From IMG/VR virus record IMGVR_UViG_3300001525_000075, positions 1-64,000 of that record: a stretch of DNA of 64,000 bases, one strand, 5' to 3'. The stretch's first letter is position 1; each line of letters begins with the position of its first letter. A model generated the notes under the pieces. It had not been told where the DNA came from. It was given only the letters and a program-made list of their open reading frames with translations, and made no database searches. This DNA comes from a virus (taxonomy: Duplodnaviria; Caudoviricetes). The translations under genes and the position numbers were made by a program. Shown piece by piece: positions 49,501 through 57,247 of this stretch.

Positions 49501-51589
49501 CCTTACAAAAAATCTAATATAAAACCTGTAAAAATAGCGCAATACGATTTAAATCATAAGTTAATAAAAATTTGGAATTCTGTATCTGAGTGTAAAAAAG
49601 AATTTCCAAGTTGTCAAAAAGTTTGTAGAAAAGAAAGAAAAACTTCAAAAAATTTTATATTTGAATATATAAGTTAAAGATATAGTCTGCTCTTTATAGT
49701 AATATAAAGATAACAAAAGAATTTATATAGGTGATGGTATCATACCTCAAGTTGAGCGTTTTGCATCTAAGTATGCTTTCGCTAAGTTAACTATTGAGGT
49801 ATTCCATACTGTAATTGCTACACTTAATGAAAAAGCTTCTCAACCTACTGGTAATCACTATATGTTTATATGCAACGAACGTATGTGGAACCTCATTCAA
49901 CAAGTTCTTGGCGATTATCTCGCTAAGTTCAAGACTGATGGTACTTATCTTTACTCTAAGGCTGCTAACGGCTATGTAAAGGTGGGCGCAACGTTTGATT
50001 CATATGAATACGGTGGAAATAGTATTACTTTTAAGGTTGATCGCACATTCTCACGTGAATATGGCTTTGAAAAAGGCTACTGCCTTTGCCTTGATTTAAC
50101 TGCGGATTAGACTTCCGCAGAACCTCCTATTTAAATATCTAGGTAGGAGTTAAAAATAACTTCCTAATTGCTGGAAACTCTTATTTAAGACAATCAGCAG
50201 CTAAGTATTAGAATATGCAAACTTTATAAGTAGCTCTAATAAAAGTTCAGAGGCTAGTTACGAAACTTAAATTATTAAAATAATAATTGAAATGGAAGAC
50301 AAATTTAAATATATAGTATATTTAACTACAAATCTTGTAAATAATAAAATTTACATAGGAGTACATAAAACAAAAAATCCTGAAGTATTTGATGGGTATC
50401 TTGGATGCGGAGTTAAAATATCTGACAGATCGACTTATAGATATTGTCATACTCCATTTGAATCAGCTGTTAATAAATATGGACCTTCTAAATTTAAACG
50501 AAAAACTTTAAAAGTTTTTAATAAATTAGAAGATGCGTTAGATCTTGAACGACGGCTAGTAGATTCAAACTTTATTAAACGTAAAGATACTTACAATGTA
50601 ACCTTGGGTGGAAATTTACCTCCTACATCAAAAAAAATTATATATCAATATTCTTTAAAAGGATCTTTTATAAAAGAATGGGATTCTATAACAGAAGCGT
50701 CCATTTTCTATAAATGTAGTTCTTCTTCTATCGGAAAAGCTATATTTGATAGAACACCTAGTCGAGGTTATTTATGGACAGATTACAAATATGAATACAT
50801 TGATATAAATAATTTTAGAATTAATACAAATAAACATACTTGCTATATATATGATAGTTTGGGAAATTTTATAAATAGTACAACTTCTATAAACGAAGCT
50901 GCAAAACTATATAATCTTTCTTCAGGTAATATTTCTAACGCTATATCTGGCAAATATTGTGTAAACAAACAATATTATTTTTCTTCAGTTAAATATACTA
51001 AATTCCCAATCCCTGAAAAAATTTCTTATGATGACGGCTTTTATATGTATGATTTATCAGGTGTATTTATAAGACATTTTAAAACAATATCTGAAATACA
51101 AAAGTTTTTTAATACTAAACGAGTAAGCTCTGTATATAGAGCTATACGAACAGGAAATACCGCTTTTAATTATCAATGGAGTAATAAAAAATTACAAAAC
51201 ATGAAAGAATTAAAAGTTTATAATCAAAAACGAAAAGTTGGAAAATATAGCTTAAACGATGAACTTTTAGAAGTTTTTGATACAGTAAGAAGTGCGAGAA
51301 AAATAGCTTCCGGTGTTCCACAAGTGTTAAAAGGTCAAAGAAATACGGCAGGAGGTTATAAATGGAAATATATAGAATAAATTTGAAGATATAGTCCAAA
51401 ACTCAGTAGATGTTTACTTTGAAAGGGGGTGACTTCATCTCTAACAAGTACCTCGGTGTTGGTGGTGAAGATGGACTCAGCTCAGGTGTTGTTTCAAGTC
51501 CTGTTGCTGGTTCTAAGCTAATTAACTGGGGTTACAGTGGTGTAGGTGTATTTAATCCCTACAGATCTTTCATTTTGCGTGAAATTTGA
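43546..51589 (+). CDS. Major capsid protein, spliced from 8 exons (473 aa, code 15)
   Basis: Exons 43546-43626, 44530-44667, 45630-45950, 46660-46718, 48009-48201, 49148-49183, 49721-50131 and 51407-51589 total 1422 nt and give one continuous frame: MIIANFVSNRPTM...FLG|TKPHKLG...SMY|FEWEVET...HEEG|YVKYQS...HRV|DDSYS...DVNG|KPTISDPDTGRP|IYIGDGIIPQVER...PPI|QMFTLKGG...FILREI. Confidence 0.9.
43627..44529 (+). mobile_element. Group I intron 1 of MCP (903 nt)
   Basis: Preceded by U and ends in G; P7 GAATA (43738) / TATTC (44461); LAGLIDADG ORF in L8. Confidence 0.85.
43779..44444 (+). CDS. LAGLIDADG homing endonuclease (intron 1)
   Basis: LIALVIGDG and LAIWYMDDGS motifs. Confidence 0.9.
   Translation: MELRKKSILIALVIGDGTINYQTKVIKGKTYKYANLEVNHSYKQLEYCKWKANLCKSITGRKCLIRYKHVPERKINNRITKSTEACRFTCCHRYFRILRKWLYPNNKKRLTSKYLKYLDEQGLAIWYMDDGSLYVRPDKSAFNCELHTHIPKEDAEDLILMFQNKWNIKFNLHHVGENQYNLRCCSYAGVKFIKLISPFVPQCMDYKLKIPERFLHECIVP
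44668..45629 (+). mobile_element. Group I intron 2 of MCP (962 nt)
   Basis: AATTGCTGGAA / AATCAGCAG core; P7 GACTA (44752) / TAGTC (45595); terminal G. Confidence 0.88.
44770..45567 (+). CDS. Divergent GIY-YIG/NUMOD-type endonuclease (intron 2)
   Basis: YKVIKT...YYLG...FDGQLGNGV is alignable by eye to the intron 4 and 7 ORFs; has VYKYDINGNFI NUMOD1-like repeats. Confidence 0.65.
   Translation: MYKVIKTVNVKTDDYYLGIIYSEKNSFDGQLGNGVNINDPMTYQFSKTKFQQQVKEWGVKSFKVEVLKEYDSLEEAQEYLNIKLTPKEVATKECLNNTYADKLYEVYVYDNTGKFANSKILVDADTAFNGLKLDKQYLSFLYDEKGFSKAKKMQIQNRPVYKYDINGNFICSYETQVQAEKDNKYSNITKSIKLKQACRNGFYWTLQKLPKLYWKNRKWVQVYDSHYKYIRGYKFLKECQRVKGFEVRDVMNKNMLYDGCFYFYK
45630..45950 (+). CDS. Major capsid protein exon 3
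   Basis: FEWEVETNYIKRVE...SNAMPELHEEG; corresponds to most of track ORF 45627..45995. Confidence 0.85.
45951..46659 (+). mobile_element. Group I intron 3 of MCP (709 nt)
   Basis: AATTACTGGAA / AATCAGTAG covarying P4; P7 GACTA (46106) / TAGTC (46620); terminal G. Confidence 0.88.
46168..46615 (+). pseudogene. Degraded GIY-YIG endonuclease (intron 3)
   Basis: An extra AT dinucleotide after ATG 46168 shifts the frame off IVYQTVNKVNNKIYIGVH. Stop at 46290; C-terminal NUMOD fragment at 46310..46615. Confidence 0.8.
46719..48008 (+). mobile_element. Group I intron 4 of MCP (1290 nt, phase 2)
   Basis: Core motifs present; P7 GATTA (46861) / TAGTC (47997); splice GT|A reconstitutes a Val codon. 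Confidence 0.88.
46916..47983 (+). CDS. GIY-YIG homing endonuclease with NUMOD1 repeats (intron 4)
   Basis: YIVYLTTN...KIYIGVH, AVKKYG..SFKR, EEEAYNLE. Confidence 0.88.
   Translation: MKYIVYLTTNTLNNKIYIGVHKTENPDVFDGYIGCGVNMCYPSSYTDPKTPFQHAVKKYGIKSFKRYVLQIFDSEEEAYNLESILVNKSFIARNDTYNISLGGNKGNYLFPINQFNKDGNFIKSWDNMLVASEALGVSHTSINNAKLFKVSCLGYFWSTDSFINIKEYSYHVGKNVYKYTKNGELIDSYESLTNAAKSNNSLEKTIFRSIQSNIQVQGFYYSFTLVDKFIPKKLPSLKGKIVYIYDLNGNYLTKKESGSELKKYYNVKSYGCLRQALITGKPYKNTQVSLEFKDKLNPVESSTNKAKRIGVYDLNGNLIEEFESIKSASRKYGSCVFRVLNHRQKQSKNLIFKYL
48009..48201 (+). CDS. Major capsid protein exon 5
   Basis: DDSYSALYAAHENQFISIAEGK...NNGLLFNKCNVDVNG. Confidence 0.85.
48202..49147 (+). mobile_element. Group I intron 5 of MCP (946 nt)
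   Basis: AATTGCTGGGAA / AATCAGCAG; P7 GACTA (48308) / TAGTC (49078); terminal G. Confidence 0.88.
48381..49031 (+). CDS. LAGLIDADG homing endonuclease (intron 5)
   Basis: LLALCIGDG and LAIWYMDDGS motifs. Confidence 0.9.
   Translation: MELTEEQKSLLLALCIGDGCLRKPHPKSGNVQLEIAHSTKQEEYCKWKRDLVYSIFGGKRIPKIGYKTIKLKNRDKEYKACRFTKSHPYFLYLRHLLYPNNVKVMTREILDKLTLQGLAIWYMDDGSFYKKDNEDGTKSICFDLRISTDSFSYEENVLICDFFKEKYGINFYPYKTHKEKEHSWVLRANKQAAIKFINLIKPYVIPSMKYKIEYKS
49184..49720 (+). mobile_element. Group I intron 6 of MCP (537 nt; atypical junction)
   Basis: Core motifs present; P7 GACTA (49340) / TAGTC (49683); IGS ATAAATGGGTC (49206-49216) pairs both exons. The junction may be shifted by one base (49183-49719). 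Confidence 0.82.
49408..49677 (+). pseudogene. Internally deleted GIY-YIG remnant (intron 6)
   Basis: MKYVVYLTTNKINNK is fused directly to a C-terminal NUMOD1-like segment; the YIG and catalytic part are missing. Confidence 0.75.
49721..50131 (+). CDS. Major capsid protein exon 7
   Basis: IYIGDGIIPQVERFASKY...LDLTAD(Q)TSAEPPI; contains TAG 50108. Confidence 0.85.
50132..51406 (+). mobile_element. Group I intron 7 of MCP (1275 nt)
   Basis: P1 CTCCTATT / GGTAGGAG (50142-50149); P10 ATATCTA / TAGATGT; P7 GGCTA (50252) / TAGTC (51392); terminal G 51406. Confidence 0.9.
50292..51380 (+). CDS. GIY-YIG homing endonuclease with NUMOD1 repeats (intron 7)
   Basis: YIVYLTTNLVNNKIYIGVHKT, AVNKYG..KFKR, DALDLE. 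Confidence 0.88.
   Translation: MEDKFKYIVYLTTNLVNNKIYIGVHKTKNPEVFDGYLGCGVKISDRSTYRYCHTPFESAVNKYGPSKFKRKTLKVFNKLEDALDLERRLVDSNFIKRKDTYNVTLGGNLPPTSKKIIYQYSLKGSFIKEWDSITEASIFYKCSSSSIGKAIFDRTPSRGYLWTDYKYEYIDINNFRINTNKHTCYIYDSLGNFINSTTSINEAAKLYNLSSGNISNAISGKYCVNKQYYFSSVKYTKFPIPEKISYDDGFYMYDLSGVFIRHFKTISEIQKFFNTKRVSSVYRAIRTGNTAFNYQWSNKKLQNMKELKVYNQKRKVGKYSLNDELLEVFDTVRSARKIASGVPQVLKGQRNTAGGYKWKYIE
51407..51589 (+). CDS. Major capsid protein exon 8
   Basis: (Q)MFTLKGGDFISNKYLGVGG...GVFNPYRSFILREI, ending at TGA 51587. Confidence 0.85.
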
Positions 51590-51645
51590 TAAAATCACTG
51601 TAATAGCGTAAAGATAGCGCAAATAATATAATATATACATAGATT

Positions 51646-51677
51646 AGGTAAGGAGTTTTTCTCCTTACCTCTCTTTT
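51646..51677 (+). terminator. Hairpin/terminator downstream of MCP
   Basis: Perfect 10-bp stem AGGTAAGGAG / CTCCTTACCT with a T5 loop, then CTCTTTT. Confidence 0.6.
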
Positions 51678-51694
51678 GATTAATATGGATTAAT

Positions 51695-52537
51695 ATGAGT
51701 ACGAAAGTAACTAAAAATGAACTAAGAGTAAATGATGTAATTGTATTGAGAAGTGTATATGGAAAGGTTGGACAAAAATATTATATTCAGCCTTGTAGAG
51801 ACCAAAAAACAGGTAAAATGCCTGATTGTGTCAAGCACGTTAATTCTCAGGGTGATATGATTTTAACTGATTCTGAACGTAACAGTGGTAAATATTTTAT
51901 AAAAGAAAATGAAACTTTCATCATTGAAGATGGGAAAACATTTGATTTATCTGATCCTATTGAAAAAGCTCAATGGGAATCAATTAAAAATTGTATTCTA
52001 ATAGCACCTGATCGTTATGCTAAAGATGCACAAGGTAATCTTCTTATTGATGGTACGGTCGGATGGAAAAGCAGAAAGCCTCGTTACGGTGTTGCGGAAT
52101 TATATATTGAACGTCCTGGATATGAAGCAGTACGAAAAGTAAGCAGAAGGAAAAAGATACATCAAGCTGTATCCTTTATTTTAGATGATCCTAAAGGTTC
52201 AGAAGGTAGAGTATTAATTGCACGTTTACTTGGTAAACATATGACTAATATTCCTGATGCCGATGTAGAAGATTATTTACTTACTATTGCGGAAAAAGAT
52301 CCTGATAAAATCATTAATCTCTATACAGGTGATGATATTACTCTTAGACTTCTTTTTATGGAAGCTAAGGATAAGCATATTATTAATTTGAAAAACAAAT
52401 TGTATATTTATGCTGACAACATTGTATTAGGTGCAACAGATGATGCAGCTATTACTTGGATGAAAGATCCTAAGAATAAAAAAGTACTTGAATTAATCAA
52501 AAAAGATACTTACCCTGACCTTTATGGTGAGGATTAA
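51695..52537 (+). CDS. Conserved crAss-type protein downstream of MCP (280 aa)
   Basis: Intact TAG-free ORF in the capsid operon. Confidence 0.8.
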   Translation: MSTKVTKNELRVNDVIVLRSVYGKVGQKYYIQPCRDQKTGKMPDCVKHVNSQGDMILTDSERNSGKYFIKENETFIIEDGKTFDLSDPIEKAQWESIKNCILIAPDRYAKDAQGNLLIDGTVGWKSRKPRYGVAELYIERPGYEAVRKVSRRKKIHQAVSFILDDPKGSEGRVLIARLLGKHMTNIPDADVEDYLLTIAEKDPDKIINLYTGDDITLRLLFMEAKDKHIINLKNKLYIYADNIVLGATDDAAITWMKDPKNKKVLELIKKDTYPDLYGED

Positions 52538-52557
52538 ATTTTTAAAATTTAAAAGTT

Positions 52558-53847
52558 ATCACAGCAAGACAAATTTTTGAGGGGTTGCTCATCGAACTTA
52601 GTAAAGTTCATGCCCCGTCCTTGTTACTTTAGGATTTTAATTATCTATTTAACAAGGCTATTAACTAGTACATAAATAAACGATACAATATTTATGATGT
52701 TAATTAGCAAACTACTGATGATTTAAGAGTTTTAAAAGCAACAACAATGTTGACTCCTACAAAAGCTTATTAGAATACTTATTTTAACAGCACAATATTA
52801 GGAACTAAACATCCTAGTATTGCTAATTTACAAGGAGCAACTTATGAAGTAACATTACCCAATGATTACTTACATTTATTAAATTGTATTTGTGTTTATA
52901 AGGTAAACAAAACTTATAAATGCTATGATAAGGATACTTATGTTTAGTTTGCTGCTAAACGTTTAACTGCTGATGCTTGGTCTACTATCATTAATGACTT
53001 TTATAACAGACCTCTTCCTGAAAGACCTTATTATTATATTCATAATGTAAATTAGAGTGTTTCTGAACCCACTAATTTATATCAATCTAGTATCCCGGGG
53101 TCAACTGATCAATTAGATTCTAAAATTTATGTTTCTACATTAAATGAATATTGGGATATCGTAGGTGAAGATAAACACGGTCGTTCAATTCTTAAACCTA
53201 TTGATAATAGTAAGCTTTGGAAATTATCAATTCTTGATGAAACGGGTGAAGAAAGTACAGAATACAGTATTAATAAATTGACGTCTGTTATAACATTAAT
53301 TGGTAAACTGATTAATATAACAGGTCTTGATTCACAAGGAAGCGAAACTGAATTTTACTTAGGAACTAAGAAAGTAAACGATTTAGATAAAATTTGTTTA
53401 GTAATCGAGGATTATTTACCCGAAGCTCACGAGGGGATTAATAGAAGTGAATTTGACACTAATCAATACCCTCGTACTTTAGATTTAAGAGGCAATTCTA
53501 TTTCTTTAATAGAAAAACCTGCTTATCTCCGTCATTCTAATGCTACAGAAGTACGTTGTGAAATTAGATATGGTAAGGATGATTCAGTTTTTGAATTAGT
53601 AGAAGTATTAGTAGATTATATTAAATCGCCGTAGTATATTAGATTAACTCAGGAACAACTTGATTTAACAGAGGATACCTCTCAAATTATGGAGTTTCCT
53701 GATAATGTTTGTAATGAGATAATAAATGAGCTGGTAACTGTAGTAATGGAGAATACTCAAGATCCTAGACTACAAACACATGTTGCAGTTTCTTAGTCTA
53801 TTGCCTAGCCTGCTCAACAATAGACTGCTTAGCCCGCTTAGGCTTAA
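52558..53847 (+). CDS. Head-tail connector/ring-type structural protein (429 aa, code 15; probable ATC start)
   Basis: (M)TARQIFEGLLIELSKVHAPSLLL(Q)DFNYLFNKAIN(Q)YINKRYNIYDVN(Q)QTTDDLRVLK; in-frame TAA at 52543 just upstream; ends at TAA 53845. Confidence 0.75.
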
Positions 53848-53866
53848 TTTTTAAAATTTTAATATT

Positions 53867-54760
53867 ATGTTTCAATTTACGACAACTACCGTAATTAGTG
53901 AAAACAAAGACCTTACCGCAGGTTTAGTAAAGTTTGAAGGTGTAGAAGGTGTACTTAAAGTAAAACGTCTTAATGACTTTAAGAAGGATAACATCGAAGC
54001 TGTTTACAAGCGTACAGCTACTGATCCTAAATTTGCTAAGGTTAAGTTTGCTAGTCTTCCTACGACAGCAGGTTTCTACCGTATTGCGCTTTATGTGCGT
54101 CTTTCAGGTTCTCAAAACTCTTATTATTCGAATGATTTCGTATTTAAGGGTAAACCTTTCTACATTGAATTTGAAGTAAAGAGTGGTGAAACTGCTGCTA
54201 CAGTAGCAAAGAAAATTGCTTCTAATGCTAAGAAGTACATGTTGATGGTTTACGAAAACGATCTTCTTAAAGTAACTGCTGACGCTTCTGCTGTTACTAT
54301 TGAAGCAATTGATGAATACCAACGTATCACTAAAGCTGATCTTGAAAAGTATGATGATGACAAAGAAGCTTATGTAGTTACTGCTTCTGCAACTGTAGAA
54401 GAGGCAGGTGCAGAAGGCTTCGGCACTTATACTCATCTTATGAAAGATCTTCGTCTCCCGACTGCCGCCAATACTCGCTGGACTGCAATTGTGCGTGACG
54501 AAATGCCTGTTCCCGGTGTTAAATATAATCAATATACTCTTGTATATTGTGTTAATCGTGGTATTATGGGTGGCGATGCTGTAGGTGAAGTAGTTAAATC
54601 TCGTACTACTCATGTATTCTATGTAGCTGATTCACTTGCTTCAGATTTTGAAACGGCAGTTACTACTGCTGGCGCAACAGTTACCGAAATTACGGATATT
54701 ACTTCTGCTCTTGCTGAAACAGAAGCTGAGGCAGAAGACAAATCTGTTATTACTGATTAA
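53867..54760 (+). CDS. Abundant structural protein (297 aa)
   Basis: TAG-free ORF with highly-expressed-type codon usage (CGT, GGT, GCT), followed by a terminator. Confidence 0.75.
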   Translation: MFQFTTTTVISENKDLTAGLVKFEGVEGVLKVKRLNDFKKDNIEAVYKRTATDPKFAKVKFASLPTTAGFYRIALYVRLSGSQNSYYSNDFVFKGKPFYIEFEVKSGETAATVAKKIASNAKKYMLMVYENDLLKVTADASAVTIEAIDEYQRITKADLEKYDDDKEAYVVTASATVEEAGAEGFGTYTHLMKDLRLPTAANTRWTAIVRDEMPVPGVKYNQYTLVYCVNRGIMGGDAVGEVVKSRTTHVFYVADSLASDFETAVTTAGATVTEITDITSALAETEAEAEDKSVITD

Positions 54761-54766
54761 TAATAT

Positions 54767-54799
54767 AAGCGAGGGTATCTAATACTCTCGCTTTTATTT
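54767..54799 (+). terminator. Intrinsic terminator
   Basis: Stem AAGCGAGGGTA / TACTCTCGCTT followed by TTATTT. Confidence 0.7.
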
Positions 54800-54807
54800 G
54801 TTTATAT

Positions 54808-55494
54808 ATGATATTTGAAAAATTAGCTTCTGCAATTAGAAATGATGTTGTCTCAGGATTATAGGGGTATCATACAAATCTATCTATGTCTACAGAACAA
54901 CTGATGGACGACATCGTAGATGAAAGATTACAAATATTAAAAGAATATTCTGTACAAGGAATACTTCCTGTAAAAGATTTACTATTATCTATTAATTGTA
55001 TTCCTGTAGATTGCAAGGATTTGGATAAGTGTAGTAAGTGTTCAGGAGGAATGTCAGGAACTCCCATTGCACATTTTGAAGTTCCTTAGATATTAATGGA
55101 TTTTGGAAATAAATCTATTGCTTATATTGGTTCAACTGATAAACAAAATTCATTTAGATATACAACATCAATTACTAATTGGTCTTTATATAATAAATAT
55201 AGAAAAAGAGGTAAAGATAAACCTTATGTTTATATAGATTCTACACCTAATGAAAATGGGATGTATGATTGTTATATTTTCAATGCACCTTTAATTAAGC
55301 AAATATCTATTACTGCAATATTTAAAGACCCTAGACAATTAGAAGCATTCGGTTGTTGTAATGAATATTAGGATGATAATTTCTCTTTTATTAATAATGA
55401 AATTAAAAAGAGATTAACTCAAAAGAAAATACAATATTATCGTAGTTATGCTGCTCATGTTGCACCTAACGATCAAAAATATCAAGCGGGATGA
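54808..55494 (+). CDS. Tail ring-type structural protein (228 aa, code 15)
   Basis: MIFEKLASAIRNDVVSGL(Q)GYH...; joins track ORFs 54886 and 55096; ends at TGA 55492. Confidence 0.75.
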
Positions 55495-56183
55495 ATGATT
55501 TTAAATATGCTTTAGTTTTAGCACATCAACTTTACGGAATTGATTTAGATGAATCTGATTATGAAGAATTGGGTTTAATTGCTTGGAATTTCATTGGAAA
55601 TAAAAGATGTAGACTTTATAAATATTCCACTAAATTAGATTGTACTAATTTAACAGTAGAATTACCTTGTAATGCTGATATTATAGAAGCAGTAACTTAC
55701 GACTTTGAAGATTGGCGTTACACTACTAATGATACTCCCAATGGAGATTTAAATTCAGCGTTTGTAGAAGGATATATTGAAAGTCGTAAAGCATTTACAG
55801 ATCCTTTATATATTTCAGGTAAATATGCTCATTTTGAAAGAGTCGGAAATACTTTATATTTTGATAAAGATTACGGAAGAATTACTATACTTTATAAAGG
55901 TGTAATATTAGACGATGATGGATTACCTCAAATAACTGACAAAGAAGCACAAGCCATTGCAGCATATTGTGCATATACTGAAAAATATAAAGAAGGTCTT
56001 ATGACTAATAATGTTAATATTATTAACATAGCCAATATGTTAAAGAATGAATGGAATAGATTTGTTGATGCTGCTAGAGTTAGTGATTATGTAAATCAAA
56101 ATGAGATGAACGAGATATTAGATATTGGTACAAGATATGACAGAAAGATATTTAATAAATCTTATAAGCCTATTATATCATGA
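55491..56183 (+). CDS. Tail ring/tubular-type structural protein
   Basis: Intact ORF with YKGVILDDDGLP.I; position in the crAss tail operon. Confidence 0.7.
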   Translation: MNDFKYALVLAHQLYGIDLDESDYEELGLIAWNFIGNKRCRLYKYSTKLDCTNLTVELPCNADIIEAVTYDFEDWRYTTNDTPNGDLNSAFVEGYIESRKAFTDPLYISGKYAHFERVGNTLYFDKDYGRITILYKGVILDDDGLPQITDKEAQAIAAYCAYTEKYKEGLMTNNVNIINIANMLKNEWNRFVDAARVSDYVNQNEMNEILDIGTRYDRKIFNKSYKPIIS

Positions 56184-56620
56184 GATACGCATTAGGTGCT
56201 GCTTTTAATGTTTCAGACATTTTTGATTATTTCGATTTGAAAAAATTGAAAATATCCTAGAAGGATTGTCAATCTAAATTAGGAATTGATAGACGATCTA
56301 AATTAGCAAAAGATATGTTTAGAGAATGTTTTAATGAAGTTATTAATGATATTATAGATAATAATGTAACATTTGAATTACCTGTAGGTAAATGTAAAGC
56401 AACAATTTATTTAAAAAGATTTGCAGATAAAGACTTTGTAAGACTACGAAAAAAAGGTGCGTTCAAAGATGTTGACTTTTTAGCTTCTAATTTTTCAGGA
56501 TATAATTTAATGTTAAGTATGCCAAGCGTAGGTAGAGATAGAGATAAACCTATCTATGTAGACAATAACATTAAATAGAAAATAATAGATAATACTAATT
56601 CAGGTAAACAATATTGTTAA
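56180..56620 (+). CDS. IHF/HU-like protein (code 15)
   Basis: FNEVINDIIDNNVTFELP; crAss-like phages carry IHF-like genes before the tail stabilisation genes. Confidence 0.55.
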
Positions 56621-56671
56621 TTGTATTATTAATATAATTATCTTATATTATTAGATAAATAATTAATAAAA

Positions 56672-57247
56672 ATGCAAGTTAAACAATTAAAAGACTATTA
56701 TGAATCAATATAGTAGAAATATCCCGGTGTTCCTTTAAGTGATATTAAAAAGATACTTAATTACGGGTGGAAAATCTATTATTTATATAATACACAAGGA
56801 GGAGATGTAATTATAAAGAATAAATCCTTTTGGAGTTATACTGGATTCTTAACTAAGAATACATTAAAACATTTTATTTCTTATACAAGAAAATTAGCTA
56901 CAAAAATTAGAATTCTTAATTAGAGAAATAAAACTCCTTGGTCAGGTTATTATTATTTCGCTTTAACTGATAAACAATATGAAGATTATCTTAAATAGAA
57001 GAAATCAAAAGGAAGACCTAGAAAGAAATTCAATTACGGAAATCAAATTCTTTTTAAATTATTAGAAGAGTGTAGAGTAATTAGGTTTAATAGAAAATAT
57101 ATTTTCAGAGTTCCTTATATTGCTGCTATAGGTTCTAGATTATATAGACCTAATTTTATTTCAGATAAAGCCGAATTAATAGAAACAAGAGAAACTATAA
57201 ATATCTCAGATATATTAACTTCTAATTATAAATATCAATATATATAA
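56672..57247 (+). CDS. Second IHF/HU-like basic protein (191 aa, code 15)
   Basis: MQVKQLKDYYESI(QQ)KYPGVPLSDIKKILNYG; ATG 56672 to TAA 57245; missing from the ORF track. Confidence 0.6.

Noticed and set aside
2417-53975. Short alternative-frame plus-strand ORFs (2417, 8458, 21515, 27812, 32025, 45266, 53973)
   Set aside because: They are fully nested in better-supported genes in another frame.
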